The translations under genes were made by a program, and so were the position numbers. Below, piece after piece: positions 42,419 through 55,006 of a stretch of 64,000 nucleotides of DNA. The DNA is from Scenedesmus sp. PABB004 (Eukaryota). The stretch's first letter is position 1, and each line of letters opens with the position of its first letter. Location of the stretch: assembly GCA_014905635.1 (NCBI GenBank), contig JABVCE010000017.1:558001-622000 (forward strand). Reading direction: 5' to 3'. The notes beneath the pieces are model-generated. The model had not been told where the DNA came from, ran no database searches, and worked only from the letters and a program-made list of their open reading frames with translations.

Positions 42419-42659
42419 GGCGGAGTGAGCGGGTCGTTTGGCGGCGGCCGGGGCCCCTGTGCATGCTGAGTGGTTGTGGTGGCGGCGGCTGCAACTGTGA
42501 GTTGAGCGGGCCGCGGCCGGCCATCGCGCAACACCCTGTCCGCCGCACCGGCGCCGGAGCCTGCGTGCAGCGCGCGCTGTGCCGCCGCCGGCGGCGACGC
42601 CGCCACGCGCCCGGCAACAGCCCCAGCTCCAGAGCGAGTCACGGCGGCAGGGCGCTCCG

Positions 42660-43030
42660 CGCAGGTACGAGGCGGCGCTCGCGCCCTTCCACACAGCCAT
42701 CGTGCGCGGCGTGGTGCGCGCGGGGCTGCTGACGCTGCCGACCCGGGAGGCCTTCATCGCCGCCATTGGTGCGGCGCGGGGCGCGGCGGGGCGGGGCTGG
42801 GCGCGCGGGGCCGCCCGCGCCGGCGTGGCGCTCCGGCGAGAGCAACCGCGCCGCCGCCGCGTGCCGCCCCCTGCGCCGCCGTCCCCTGCGCGGCAGGCGA
42901 GAGCGAGGACAGCGCGGCGGAGCGCGCGCGCGAGGTCGTGTCGCACTGCGCCGCCGTGCACGCGGCGGTGAGCGGCCTCCTCGGGGGCATCGACATGCCC
43001 GCCAGCAGCGTGTGGCTCTGGCCGCGGTGA
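42660..43030 (+). pseudogene. Orphan duplicate of the last two exons of the GLTP/ACD11-like gene
   Basis: Near-identical to 38772-39149 (YEAALAPFH...WLWPR*) but the upstream exons are missing. Confidence 0.9.
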
Positions 43031-43420
43031 CCGCGTGCGCCTGGCAGCTCAGCGCGCGCGGCGCCGCCCCCCGGCCACCGCTCCCGCCGCTGCCGCTGTC
43101 CAGGCAGTCAGCCTCTTGCTTGCCCGCCGCCCGCGGCCGTCGCGCGCCGCGCGCCGCGCGTGCTGGGCCGCGGTCGCTCCGCCCACGACAAGCGGCACCG
43201 CGAGCCGCGGCCTGGCGAGGTGCAGCGGCAGGCCAGGCACCCCCCAGGACAGCCCGGCCGGCGCGGCGCGCGCCGCAGCGAGGGCCCGCGCCGCCGGCCT
43301 GCACCCCGCGCCTGCACCGCGGCCGTCCGCCCGCCGCCCCGTCGCTGCCGCTGACCACACCGGCCTGTGGGCCCCAGCCCCGTCGCGGCCTCGCGCGCCC
43401 GCCCTGCCCGCGCGCCGAGC
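42660..43420 (+). repeat. Second copy of a direct repeat of about 770 bp (first copy 38772-39538)
   Basis: By-eye alignment is near-identical with an offset of about 3.88 kb. It covers the GLTP 3' exons and the MYND upstream region. Confidence 0.92.
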
Positions 43421-43541
43421 GGCAGCATCGGCGGCTGCAGCGGCGGCAGCAGCGACAGCAGCGCCCGCCGCCGCCGCCCCGCCCAGCCCCGTCAGCCGTC
43501 GCCAGCCCTCGCCAGCGCCTCTCGCTTGAGGCCTAGGCATC

Positions 43542-46334
43542 ATGAGGCCTGAGACCGCGGCGCTGGCGGCCTGGCTGGGCCGCTGCGCGCGAGCGAGCAG
43601 CGTCAACGCGCTCGCGGCGGAGGGCGCCGCGGCGCAGCTGCGCGCCTATTTTGCCGGCCTGTCGAAGGCGGCCACCGGCAGTGGCTCGCTCTCCGCCGAC
43701 CTGGCCGCGCTGCTGGCCGCCGGCGTGCAGGCGCGAGCCGCGCAGGCCGTGGCGCGCGCGCTGGAGCAGCTGGCGGCGCGCCCGGCGGCGGCGGCGGGCA
43801 GCGAGGGCTTTGCCATCACGCTCAATGCCCTGTGCGACGTGCTGCAAAAGAGCCATGACATGCGCACCAGGCTTGGTGCGCCCGACACGGAGCTGGCGGC
43901 CGAGGTGGAGCGCGCGGGTGAGCGGCGTGCGAGCGCCGGGCAGCGGCAGTTGTCGGTCTGCGCGCCAGCAGCTGCCGGGCCCACCCCTGACCAGACCGTG
44001 ACCGTCGCGCCCGCAGGCATGCTGCCGCCGCTGGCCGCGGCCTGCACTGCCCTCGCTGCGGAGCTGGAGCAGCACCACCAGCGGCGGCGGCAGCAGCGGC
44101 AGCAGCCACAGCGGCATCGGCAGGGCGCCGGTGATGAGCTGATGGCACTGACCTTGACGGCAGGTGCGCTGCTGACGGCAGCACACACTGCTTTTTACGC
44201 CTGGTCGCAGCTGGAGGGCCCGCTGCTGCTGCTGGCGCAGCCGGCCGCGCGCCTGGCGCTCGCCGTGCTGCGCCGCGCCGGCGCCTCTCGCGCGGCGGCC
44301 GACGGCAGCTCAAGAATGGGCGCCGTGGTGCATTTAGCTGTCGCCAGGGCGCGCACCTGGGCCTGGGGGGCAGCCCAGGGTTTCGTGCAGGCCCAGGGGC
44401 GCGGCCGCGTGAGCGCAGACGCACAGCGCGCGCTGCTGTCAGACCCCGCAGTGCAGCAGCTGCTGCTGGCAGAGCTCGCCCTGTGCGCGGCGCACCGGCA
44501 CGAGGCGCAGCGCGGCCGGCCGGCTGCGGCCGACGGTGGCGCCAGCTCGGGCGGCGGCGGCCCGCCCGTCGTGTCGGCGCGGCACGCCGCGCTGCTGCGC
44601 GCGCTGGAGCTGGATGCCTCTGCGGTGCTCCAGGCAGAGCACAGCGAGGCGCTGGTGACGGACAGCATCTCTGCAGTTGCCCAGCTGTTTGATGTCTCGC
44701 CGCCGACCAGCTGCGGCGGCAGCCTGCCGCAGCCACGCGGCGCCGCGCTGGCTGCCGCGGCGGCGGAGGTGGCGCTGGAGCTGGTGGCGCTGCAGCCGAC
44801 GCGCCGCGTGCTGCTGGCTGGCGTGGTCTGCGCCGGCGCCATCGTAAACCGCCTCCTGCAAGCCTCGGAGGGTGGGGCGCAGGACAAACAGGCGGCGGCA
44901 GAGGCAGCGTCGGCGGCGGTGGTGCGTACGTTCCTGCCGCTCGCCCGGCCCACCGCCGCCGCGCTGCTGGAGCCGGAGGCGGGCAGCTCGCCCCACGCTG
45001 CGGCTGCAGCTGCGAGCACAGAGGGCGTGGACGAGCTCGAGGCTGACCGGCAGCGGCGCAATGCTTTGCGCGGTCTGGAGGTGGGCTGTGGCCCAGTCCT
45101 GCTGCTGAGCAATGGGGCAGAGGGTCCGTGGTGTGCTGCGCTGGCGGCAGCTGGCCTGGTCGCTGAGTGCGCACACTCGCAGTCTGCCTCGCGCCCTCGC
45201 TCACACCGCCTCTGCCGCCGCCAACACTGCTGCCGCCGCGCAGCGGACGCGGCGCTGGCGGTGTTTGCGCGGCAGGACCCCTCCACGCTGTGCCGGCTAC
45301 TGGAGGGCGCGGCCAGGAGCTGGGCGGGCTGGGAGGAGCCGCATGGCGCCCTGAGCGCAGCCCACGCAGTGTGCGACGCCATCAGGCGGCTCGGCCCCAG
45401 CCTGGCAGCCGCGCCGGCGCTGGCGACAACTGGCGGCGGCGCGGGCCTGCGTCTGCAGCGCGAGGTGTTTGCCTGCCTGCTCACGGCGCTCAAGTGTGTA
45501 GCAGAGGCCGCACCGCTCGCAGCGGCCGAGGCCGACTCGCTGCAGCGGCTGCGGGCGCTGGCGAGCGGATGCATGGCCGTGGTGCTCTCCGGCTGCGATG
45601 TCGGCGACGCGGTGGCGCACGCGCAGCCGGCAGCCGTGGCGGCCGCCGGCGGCCAGCTCGCGTACGAGCCGCCCGCGCTGTGGGCGGTGCTGGCGGCGCG
45701 CGGCCTGGCGGTGCTGGCGCAGCTGCTGAGCCAGGCGCTGGTGGTGCTGCAGCCGGTGGCCGACACGGCCGCGCCCAGCGACGCTGGTGCGCCTTGTGGG
45801 GTGGCGTCGCTGGATATCGCGGTGTTTGTGCTGGCGCACCTGCACGACGCGGCGACGCTGCTGGGCGAGCGCCTGCGCGCGCTGGGGCCGCTGCCGGCGG
45901 ACGCCTCGGGCGCGGGCCTGGAGCGCCTGCTGGCGCAGCAGGAGCAGCTGTGCACAGCGGTGGCGCAGCTGGCCGCGCAGCTGGACGGTGCCCTCGCCGA
46001 CGACGATGCGGCCTCGCTCGCCACAGCGCAGGAGCGCGGCCCCGCGCTGGCCGCGCAGGCGGAGGAGCTGTGCGCCGCGGTGTGCGCCGCGCTGCCGCTG
46101 CGCGCGTGCTGCAACAACCCGCGCTGCACGGCGCTGACCGGCGCGCACAGCGAGCTGGCGGCGGTGCGCGGCTGGACGTGCGCGGGGTGCGTCACGTCGG
46201 CCGCGCCCGCGCGCTTCTGCGGCGTGGCCTGCCAGGCAGCCGCGTGGCGCGCGCACAAGCCGGTGTGCCGCGCGCTGGCCGCGGGTGTGGCGGCGACTGG
46301 CGGCGCGGCCGCGCGTGCGGGCGAGGCGGAGTGA
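43542..46334 (+). CDS. MYND-family copy 5 (3 exons, apparently intact)
   Basis: MRPETAALAAWLGRC start, introns at 43918-44016 and 45124-45243, MYND-like finger, ends RAGEAE*. Confidence 0.85.
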   Translation: MRPETAALAAWLGRCARASSVNALAAEGAAAQLRAYFAGLSKAATGSGSLSADLAALLAAGVQARAAQAVARALEQLAARPAAAAGSEGFAITLNALCDVLQKSHDMRTRLGAPDTELAAEVERAGERRASAGQRQLSVCAPAAAGPTPDQTVTVAPAGMLPPLAAACTALAAELEQHHQRRRQQRQQPQRHRQGAGDELMALTLTAGALLTAAHTAFYAWSQLEGPLLLLAQPAARLALAVLRRAGASRAAADGSSRMGAVVHLAVARARTWAWGAAQGFVQAQGRGRVSADAQRALLSDPAVQQLLLAELALCAAHRHEAQRGRPAAADGGASSGGGGPPVVSARHAALLRALELDASAVLQAEHSEALVTDSISAVAQLFDVSPPTSCGGSLPQPRGAALAAAAAEVALELVALQPTRRVLLAGVVCAGAIVNRLLQASEGGAQDKQAAAEAASAAVVRTFLPLARPTAAALLEPEAGSSPHAAAAAASTEGVDELEADRQRRNALRGLEVGCGPVLLLSNGAEGPWCAALAAAGLVAECAHSQSASRPRSHRLCRRQHCCRRAADAALAVFARQDPSTLCRLLEGAARSWAGWEEPHGALSAAHAVCDAIRRLGPSLAAAPALATTGGGAGLRLQREVFACLLTALKCVAEAAPLAAAEADSLQRLRALASGCMAVVLSGCDVGDAVAHAQPAAVAAAGGQLAYEPPALWAVLAARGLAVLAQLLSQALVVLQPVADTAAPSDAGAPCGVASLDIAVFVLAHLHDAATLLGERLRALGPLPADASGAGLERLLAQQEQLCTAVAQLAAQLDGALADDDAASLATAQERGPALAAQAEELCAAVCAALPLRACCNNPRCTALTGAHSELAAVRGWTCAGCVTSAAPARFCGVACQAAAWRAHKPVCRALAAGVAATGGAAARAGEAE

Positions 46335-46929
46335 GTGAGCGCGCGTGGCTTGTCGGCCGGGCTGTGTCTGACGCGCGCGGCGTCTGCTGGCGGCAGAGGC
46401 GCGCGCGGCGCGGGCGCGGCGGTGAGGCGGGGGCGGCGGCACGGCGTCGACAGGGCGCAGCTCGAGTGCGGATGGCATGGGGTTGAGGGGCGCAGGTCTC
46501 GCGCGTGACAACCGGTTGTCCGCCCCGAGCGCCCCTCCCCGCATCAGACAGCCCCGACACCGATGCAGCCCCATCTGGCACCTACCCGGCACGTTATCAC
46601 TCAAATCCCTGAACCCGTTCAACCGCAGTGCTGCGGGGCATGTTGCAGCCCGGCGGCCTCCCTGCCCCGGCCGTCATGGCGCGTTGAGCAATCTCGCCAG
46701 TCGCTGCCCTGCCCAGCTTGACAGGGCTCGAGCCCCGGCTCAGCGGGGCGGGGCCGCGCCGCGCTGGCGCGCCGTCGCCTCGCGCGGCCGCGGCGGCGGC
46801 GGGGAACAAAGTGCCGGAGCTTGCTCAGCAGGGCCGCCCCGCCCAGCCTGAGGCCCGCGCCTGCTCAATGCCTGCTGCAAGCCGCCGGTCGCGCCGGTGC
46901 GCAGCCGCTCGCGTGCTGGGCGCCGCCGC

Positions 46930-47425
46930 TCAGCCGCTGCTGGGCTTGAGGTGGCTGCCCGCGTGCTTGGGGTGGTGCGGCAGCTCCGGCACCGCGGTCG
47001 AGGTCGCGACGCAGTCCAGCTCGATCTGCGCCGATCCCTTCTTGGCCTCCTTGGCGAGCGCCCAGTCGGCACTGTCAAAGCACTTCTTCTCCTGCGCCGC
47101 GCCGCGGCGACAGCAGCAGCGCGGCGGCGTGGTGTGTCGGCGGCTGGCGGCAGCGGCGCGCAAGCGGCCAGCCGGACGGGGAGCGCGTAAACGGTCGCGC
47201 TGGCCTCCTCGAGTGCTGCACCGGGCTGACGGGGCCGCCGTTTCTGCTGGGCGCTGGCGAGCTGTCGGCAGATGTCGTTTGGGGGCTCCTCGCGCCGCCC
47301 CGTCCCGCCGCGCCGCGGCGCCGCGTGCGCGTGCTGCGGGAGCTGCGCCGGACCTTGGTGATGAGGCGGGGCTTGGGCTTGAGGCCGCCAAACTTGGCCC
47401 GCGCCAGCGCGTCCGCCTCCTCCAT
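46930..47425 (-). CDS. ENSA: Endosulfine / ARPP-19 family (Greatwall substrate, PP2A-B55 inhibitor)
   Basis: MEEADALARAKFGGLKPKPRLITK|EKKCFDSADWAL carries the FDS(A/G)D(W/Y) signature. One GT-AG intron. The start codon is uncertain because the frame is open further upstream. Confidence 0.85.
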
Positions 47426-48428
47426 GCCCGCGAGCGCGCAGGGAGGGGTGGGGCACGCCGCAGGGACCTCCGGGACGTCCTCGCGCCGAGCGCGACCCGG
47501 AGCAGAGCTGGTGCGGGCGGCGGAGCGGGCGGAGCGGGCACCGGCGGCAGCTGTCGACGGCGTCCGGCGGCGTGCGTGTGTGTGTGGTGCGTGCCTCACG
47601 AAGGCGTGTGGACGCGGGGCACGGCGGTGCGCGCGTGTCACCAGCAGCACCTTCAAACGCCGCCGGGAACCGCCGACGTCACACAAACGCCCGGCGCCTG
47701 AATCGTCGTCGCACGCATGCGCATGCGAGTGCGCCCCTCCCTCTCCAGCCAGACCAGACCAGTGTTGTGGTGTTGCGAAACCGACGGCGCGCCAGCGAAA
47801 GGGGTCAGTCATGCGATGCTGCGGAGGCCTCGGATGCGGCAGGCGCACGCGGCGCGGGGCGCCCCACCGGTGGGGCGCGCGAGTGAGGCAGTGCGCGGCG
47901 GGCCGCGCCCACGCACGTGGGCGGGCGCGCATGCGTTGGCCGGCACCAGAGAGCGAGTGTGCGGGGGGGCAAGCGCGGGCGGACCACGCGGTGTGGGGAA
48001 GCATCTCAGTGCGCTGCTAGTGGCACACACCAGCGCGCGCGCGCGCGCGCGCGCGCCAACAGTGCAGGGCCAAGGGCGGCGCCGGCGCGCGCAGGGGGCA
48101 GCAGCCGCCGCCACCAATCTCAGGACCTCAGGACCGACCGACCGACCAGGACCCACCCGCCCGCCAGTGCCAGTGCGCCCCCCTCGGCACACATGCGCGT
48201 TTATCCCAGCGTGCAGCACGCGCCGCTCGGCGCGGGGCAAGGCAGCAGAGTACCAGCTGTCCACCACCAGCTCAGCGCAGGGCTTTCCCTCCCTCCCTCC
48301 CTCCCTCCCTCCAGGCGCGGCGCGGCGCGGCGCGGCGCGGCGCCCTCCCCCCGCCCCCTCTCCGGCCGAGCGAAGCGGCGGCGGCGGCGGCGGCGGCGAC
48401 CTCGCCGCCGGGGCGCGCGCGCCGGGCC

Positions 48429-50633
48429 TCAGCCCGCCGCGGGCGCGCCCATGCTCGGCGCGCCCACGCTGTCGACCAGGAGGATACCTTCCGCCATCGC
48501 CAGCTCCGTCACGGCGTCCGACGCCGCCGCCGCCTGCGCCGCCGCGAGCGCCGCCGCCGCGGCGGGGGCGCTGGGCGCGCCGCCGCCGCCGGGCGCGCCG
48601 CCGGGGGCGCGTGGCCCAGCACGCTGTGCCGCCCTGCCGGCTGCGCGGGCACGCCCGGCCAGGACGGCGCCGGCGCGGCCTGCAGCTGCGCGAGCAGCGC
48701 GGCGTGGTGCTGCTGCCAGCGCTGCTGCGGCGGGGGCGGCGCCGCCGCTGCCGCCGCGCCGGCGGGCCAGCCCGCGCGGCCCGCGGCGGCGTCGCCGGTG
48801 GTCGAGCCGCGCGGCTGCAGCGCGGCGCCGGGCGGGCTCGTCGCCCAGCCGGCGCCGGCGCCGCCGCCGGTGCCGCCGCCGAGCGCAGCGGACGGCACAA
48901 AGCCGCCGGCGCCGGGCGCCGCGCCGCGGCGCAGGCCCACGCTCCCGCCCTCCAGCGTGGCGACGGGGGCGCCGCCAGGCGCCGCCGCGGCGCTGCCGCT
49001 GGCATAGGCGTGGCCCGGCGACACGCTGCTGGCCGACAGGCTGCTCCAAATCTCTTGGAAGAGGCCCGCCGAAGCCGCGTCGAATGCACAGCCGCCGCCG
49101 CCGCCGCCGCCGCCGTACGCGAGCAGCGCGGGCGCGCTGCACGCGATGGGCTGCTGCCGCGCCGCGAGCTGCTCGCGCAGCGCCGCAAGCAGCGCGCCCT
49201 GCCCGCCGCCGGCGGCGGGCGGCGCCTGGGGCGCGAGCCCCGCCGGCGCTGGGGGCCCGCAGTCGGGCGGCGCGCCCGCGCACAGCGGCAGCGACGACGC
49301 GTGCAGCCGCGGCGCGCCCGTGGCGGGCGCCCTGCCGCCCGCGGCGCTGCCCGGGCGGACCAGGCCGTTCACCGCCGCCGCGAGGCTGCGCAGCAGCTTG
49401 TGCCCCCGCTTGCCCTTGCCGCCGCTGCCGCTGCCGCTGCCGCTGCCGCTGCCGCTGCCGCTGCCGCTGCCGCTGCCGCCCGGCGGCGCGTCGCCGCTGC
49501 CGCCGCCCGGCGCCTGCTGCTGCCGCGGCTCGTCATACAGCAGCGCGCCGGGCGCGTCGAGCGCCATGGGCTGTGCGGCGCCGCCGCGGCCGGCGTGCGG
49601 CGCGGACGGCGCGGAGCGCAGCTCGCCCAGGCGGTCGCTCTCCTCCCAGCCCTCGAAACCCTCGTAGCCCTCGCCCAGGCCCTGCCCGCCGACGCCGCCC
49701 GGCGCGCTCGCGAAGCGGCGGCCGCCGCCGCCCGACGCGCCGCTGAGCAGGCCGCTCACCAGGCCGTCCACCAGGCCGCCGTCAAAGGCCTGCTCGTCGC
49801 CGTCGCTGCCGCCGCCGGCCGGCTCGGAGCCCAGCAGACGCGCCGAGAGGTGGACGTTGGCCGCGAGCGCGGCGGCGGCGAGCGCGGCGGCCGAGGCGGT
49901 GTCGACGTCGTCGCCGCTGCCCTGCCGCCGGAGCTTGCCGGGGCGGCCGCCGGGCTCGCCGCCGGCGGCGCCGCCGCCGCCGCACGCCGGCCCCGCGAGT
50001 GCCGCGGGCGCGCCGGCCGGGCCGGCCGGCGCCGCCGGCGGGCCGCCGCCGGCGCTCGCGGCGGCACGCGCGGCGGCGCCCCCGCCGCCGCCGCCGCCCG
50101 CGCTGCTCTTGCGCACATAGCAGGCGCCGGCGTAGCGCTTTACCGCGCCGCCGCCGCTGCTGCCGGCGGCGCCGCCGGAGAGGACGGCGTTGCCGGTGCT
50201 GCTGTTGCCATCGGGGCGGGCGCCGCCGCCGCGCAGCGGGCCCGACGGCTCGAGCGTCTCCACCAGGTCCAGCTCCATCGCCGGCGACGCGACCGCGTGC
50301 CAGTGGCGGTGGTGGTGCGCGCCCGCGCTGCTGCCGCCGTGGGCGGCGCCGCCCGGCGCCGCGGGCGCGGCCCCGCTCGCCGACGCGTGCCCCGCGGACG
50401 CGTGCGCCGCCGACGCGGCCGCCGCCGACGCGGCGTGCCCCGACCCGGGCGCGTGCTGCCCCGAGCCGTGCTGGCTCGCGAGAGACGATGACAGCACCGC
50501 CGGCGGCGGGCGGGCCAGCGCGCTCGAGGAGAAGCCCAGGAGCGTGCGCTGCGCAGCGGGCGGGCTGAGCGCGTGCGCGCCGCCAGAGTAGCTGACCGTG
50601 CGCGACGGCTCGGACAGCGCCGGCAGCGCGCCT

Positions 50634-50688
<55 letters not shown>

Positions 50689-52139
50689 GCGGCGGCGGCG
50701 GCGGGTGAGCCGGCGCGGGCGCGGCCGGGCCCCGCGCGCGGGCTCTGCGGCGTGCGGGCCCGCGCGCGCGGCGCGATGCTCACCCGGCAGCTGCAGGTCT
50801 TCCAGCGTGAGCGGCCGCGGCTTGGGCCCCGGCGTCGTCACGAGCGGCGTGCTGCTGCTGCTGCACAGCGTCACGCGCACGCCCTCGCACGCCTCGCACT
50901 CCTGCGCGTCCTCGCAGCCGCACAGGCGCGGCAGCAGGACCTCCCCCGGCATGAGCCCCACGCTCGGGGCGCCGCGCAGCGGCGCGACCGGCGCGCTCTG
51001 CGTGCCCGGCAGCAGCGGGGGCGCCGCGAGCAGGCCGCCGCCGCCGCCGAGCGACGCCGAGGCGGTGCGCGCGAGGCCGCCGCCGGGCGGCGCCGGCGCC
51101 GGCGCGCCGTCGGGCGGCGGCTGCTGCAGCAGGTGCAGCGGCACGACTGCCGCCGCGCCAGGGGGTGCGTCGGGCGCCCTCGGCAGGTTGCTGTCCGCGC
51201 TGTCGTGCGCGGCGCCGCCGCCGCCGCCGGGGCGCGGGCCGCAGACCTCGCCGCCGCCGCCAGTCGCGGTCGCGGCGGGGCCGCCGCCGCCGGTCGTGAG
51301 CGTGAGCGCGCCCGACGGCGGCCCGCCGCCCGTGAGCGTGGCGGTCTGCAGCTGCGCGATGATCTGCAGCAGCTGCTGGTTCTCCCGCTTCAGGTCGTCC
51401 ACCTGCGTCGTCAGCACAGCACACGCGCGCGGTGTGCGCAGGGGTGAGAGCTTGAGAGAGCTCGCGTGCGGGGCGGCGAGCGGCGGCGCGAGCCGCGCGG
51501 CGGCTGGCGTGCGCCGGCGGGGCGCGCCTGCAACTTGAAGGCGCTGAGCAGGGTGTTCTTGCGCTCGCGCACGCGCCGCGCGGCCTCCCGGTTCTTGAGC
51601 CGCCTGCGCGGCGCGCCGAGCGGCGGCGCGTGCGGCGGCGGCGTGAGGGCGGCGGCGGGGCGGGGCAGGGGCGCTGCAGGGCCGGCGGGGCGGGGGCGCC
51701 AGCGGGGCGGCCCGCCCGCGCTCCGCCCGGCGCGCTCGGCAGCAGCGGCCCGCACCCACCGCCCCTGGCCCCCGTGCCGGCCCGACGGGTGCCGAGGTGC
51801 CATAGGGCAGCGCACTGCACGCCCGGGCGCCACGGCGGGGCATCCCGCGCGCCTCCCGCCCCCGAATCCGCCGCGGAGCTGCGGCGATGCGCGCGCGCCC
51901 CGCGCCCCGCGCCCCGGCCGCCCGGCACGCCGCGCGCCCACCAGTGCGCCCGGGGGGTCGATCATCCCTCCCGCGCGCGCGCCTCACCGCAGTGCGACCT
52001 TGCGCTCGTCATCCTCGCGCGCCTTGCCGCCCCGGCGCGGAGCGCCGCTGCTGCGCATCGTGGAGCCGCCATCATCGTCGTCCGAAACGTAGGACGCGTC
52101 GCTGCGCGCCGGCGCCTTGCCACGGGGCTTCTTCACCAT
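48429..52139 (-). CDS. bZIP transcription factor with a long low-complexity C-terminus
   Basis: ERKVALR|RLKNREAARRVRERKNTLLSAFKLQ|VDDLKRENQQLLQIIAQL gives the basic region plus leucine zipper. The 3' end is uncertain, with a probable frame break near 48600. Confidence 0.8.
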
Positions 52140-52429
52140 CGCCCCGCCACACGGCGCCGCCTGGGCGCGTCGAGCGCCGCGAGCGCGGCCAGAGATCGAC
52201 GCTCCCTGCCGCAACGCTGTGCGCGCCGCCTGGCCGCGGTCGCGCGCGGATCCAGCGGGTGCAAGCCTGGGCGCCGAGTGTCAGCTGCTGCGTGGCCTTG
52301 GCGTGCGCACTACTCTAGTCTCCCCCAGCCCACTTCCGGGGCCCGACAGCCCGCGTGCCTTGGGCGGTTCGGCGGCGGCGGCGGTTGCGGGGGCGGCGGG
52401 TGGGCGGTCGGTTGCCGAGGTTCCGCGCT

Positions 52430-53035
52430 GTGCCCTGCGCGGCCGCGCATCGGCGCCGCGCGCCGCGCGCGTGCCGGCGCGCCGCGCGCGCCTCCGCCGC
52501 GGCCGCGGCCGCCGCGTCGGCGCGGCGCCCGAGCTGCCGCGCGTGGCGCTTGGCCTTCAGCACCGCGCTCGCCGCGCCGCGGCGCTGCCGAGCACGCCGA
52601 GCGTGCCCGGCAGCGGCCCGGGCGGGCCGCCGCGCGCGTCGTCGCCGCCGCCAAAGCCATAGCCAAAGCCGCCGTACCCCCGCCGCGGCCGAGCTTGAGC
52701 CTGCTCCGCTGCACGCCGAGCGGGCCGCGGCCGGTGCGCGGCGCGCCGCCCTGGGCGTTCCGCGGCCGCCGCCGGCACCGCGAGGCTGGCCGCAAACCCG
52801 TCGCGCGGCTTGTGCGCCGCCGCGCTCACCGCCGCGAGCGTCTCTGCCGCGGCCAGCGCGGCGGCGTCCTCGCTGAGCCGCTGCTCGCTGCCCGCCTGCG
52901 CCGGCGGCGGCGGCGCGCTGCCGCTGCCGACGCCGCCGCGCGGCGGGCCCGGGCCCGCGCCCGCGTGCCGCGCCTGCTGCGCCTGCTGCACCTGCTGCGC
53001 GAGCTGTGCCAGGGCCAGGCCCGGGTGCGCCGCCG
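52430..53035 (-). pseudogene. Inverted partial copy of the gene segment at 63428-64000
   Basis: Both copies encode AHPGL..AQQVQQAQQARHAGAG...EQRLSEDAAALAAAETLAAVSAAAHKPRDGFAASLAVP and YGGFGYGFGGGDD. No 5' part of the gene is present here. Confidence 0.85.
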
Positions 53036-53793
53036 CCCGCAGCTCCCGCCCCGGCGGTGGCGCGGCTCTGCAGCCAAGGCAGAACACCGCGCCGAGGGCG
53101 TGCGGGGCAGGGCGCCCCCGCCGCCCGCGCGCTACCCGACGCCGACGACCGACGCCGCCGGCGACCGTGACCCCGGTCGCACGCGCGCCCTGCCCGGCGG
53201 TGCCCCGGACCCCACAGCCAAAGACGTGTCAGCGTCGCAGCACCCAACACGCGCCCGCGCTACGCCCGGCGGCGTCGGGCACGGTACAGAGGAGAGGGTG
53301 CTGCTCATAAGTGAGCTGGATGAGCAGTGCAGGCGAATTTGCGGTTAGGCAGTCAGTCGGGCGTCGCTGGCTGGCAGCGCAGCGTCACTGGGGACTGACA
53401 GCAGCAGGGCAGGCAGGTTCATGATCCATCGCGCCCGCTCCAATGCTCCCTCGCATCCAGAAGCATTCCTCAATCCTTCCGTGCGCCAGCGCTGGCCTCG
53501 GGGCACGCGCTCCAAGCAGCTTGGAGCCGACCTGCCGGAGGCGCCTGCGGCAGCCTCAGCGCCGGCGAGGGAGACGCGCTCCCGCGCTCCGTGGCTTCTT
53601 CCAGGCGCTGGGACGGCTCAGCTGGTCCGCGCGCGCGCGCGCGCGCCCAGCAAGGCGCGGCAGCCTGGCGAACAGCAGCCGGCCAACCCGCGCGGACTGC
53701 CGTCCCCGCGCAGTCCGCGGGCCTGCCGCGCTCTCCAGCAGCTCAGCGGCTGACAGCAGCGCTCAGCGCCCCGGGCCACGCACTCGCGAGCGC

Positions 53794-54890
53794 TCACACT
53801 GAAGTTCCGCCACGCCGCCGCTGCCGCGCAGGCGCCCGCCCCCGCGACGCAGGCGCGTGCCGTCGGACGACGCCAGCATGTCCGACCCTGAGCCCTGCCA
53901 CGCCGCTCAGGCCGGCCCTGGTCCGCGTTCGGGCGCCGCTGAGGCCAACGCGCGCGCCCCGGAGGTGGACCTGCGCATGGCGGGCGTCGAGCTGGGCGAG
54001 CTGCGCGGCCGGGCTCTCCAGGTGCGCCAGCAGGACGCCCGCGGCCGTGGGGCTCAGCGCATTGAAGGCGAGCGCGGCCGCGTCGGCCAGCTCGTCCGGC
54101 TGCAGGCGCGGCAGCAGCGCCTTGAGCTCCGCCTGCGGCACACCAGCGCGGCGCGTCGGCGCGCGGGGCGAGGGCGCGCACGCGCAGCCCCCGCGCGCGC
54201 GCGGCGGCCGTCCTGCAAGCGGCGCGGCGCGGCGCACCGCGCTGAAGCCAAGCTCGGGGCGGCGCGTGGAGCAGATCGCCTCGGTCAGCGCGGGCAGGCC
54301 GCTCCGGTGGCTGACCACCCACGACTCCACGCCCGGCACGCGCGCCGCGACCGCGTCTGCCAGCTGCGCGGCGGTGATGCTCACGCCGGCGTCGCACAGC
54401 GCGGCGGCGAGGTCGGGCGGCACGCGCGGCGTGCCGACGAGCACCCCCGCCAGCGCCGCGACGGGGCCCGGCCCCGCGGTGATCGCGAGCCAGCGCGCGG
54501 CGGCCGCGCAGCGTGCGTAGCCCGGAGAGCCGTGCACGCCCGCGGCGCGGCGCACGAGCGGCGGCAGCAGCTGCGCCGGGCTCGCGCGCACGAGCAGCCT
54601 GCGGAGCGTGCGGCGGGCGGGTGGCGTGCGGTGGGCGGCGGGCGCCGAGTCGCGGGCGGTGGGCGCCGAGCGGCGGGGCGGTGGCGCGGCCGGCGGCCGC
54701 GGCGCGCGCAGCAGCAGCAGCGCGCCGTCGCGCTGCGCCGCCTCGCCGCGCGCGCACCGGACGCGCCGCCACGCCCTCAGCGAGGCGCAGCTGACGACGG
54801 CGAGCAGCTCAACGGGCGCCCCGCGGTCGCACAGGATGCGGAGGACCTCATACTCGCCATCGCGCCGCGCCCGCGCTGGAGGCGCTTGGA
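53794..54890 (-). CDS. Hypothetical helical protein, 5' end unresolved
   Basis: Coding-like stretches: EYEVLRILCDRGAPVELL, DLAAALCDAGVSITAAQLADAVAARVPGVESWVV, and a spliced exon AELKALLPRLQPDELADAAALAFN. Confidence 0.45.
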
Positions 54891-55006
54891 GGGCGAGGCG
54901 CAGGTTTGCTTGCGTTGCGCTGCGCGGCGTGCGAGGAAAAGCCCACTCCCCCCCCCCCCCTCCCTCCCTCCCCCCCCCCCCCCCCCCGATCTTCAGCGAG
55001 CGTCCT

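Noticed and set aside
43542..46334. 930-aa uninterrupted ORF suggesting an intronless or retroposed MYND copy
   Set aside because: Both introns are present. They are 99 and 120 nt long with no stops, so the ORF reads through them by chance.
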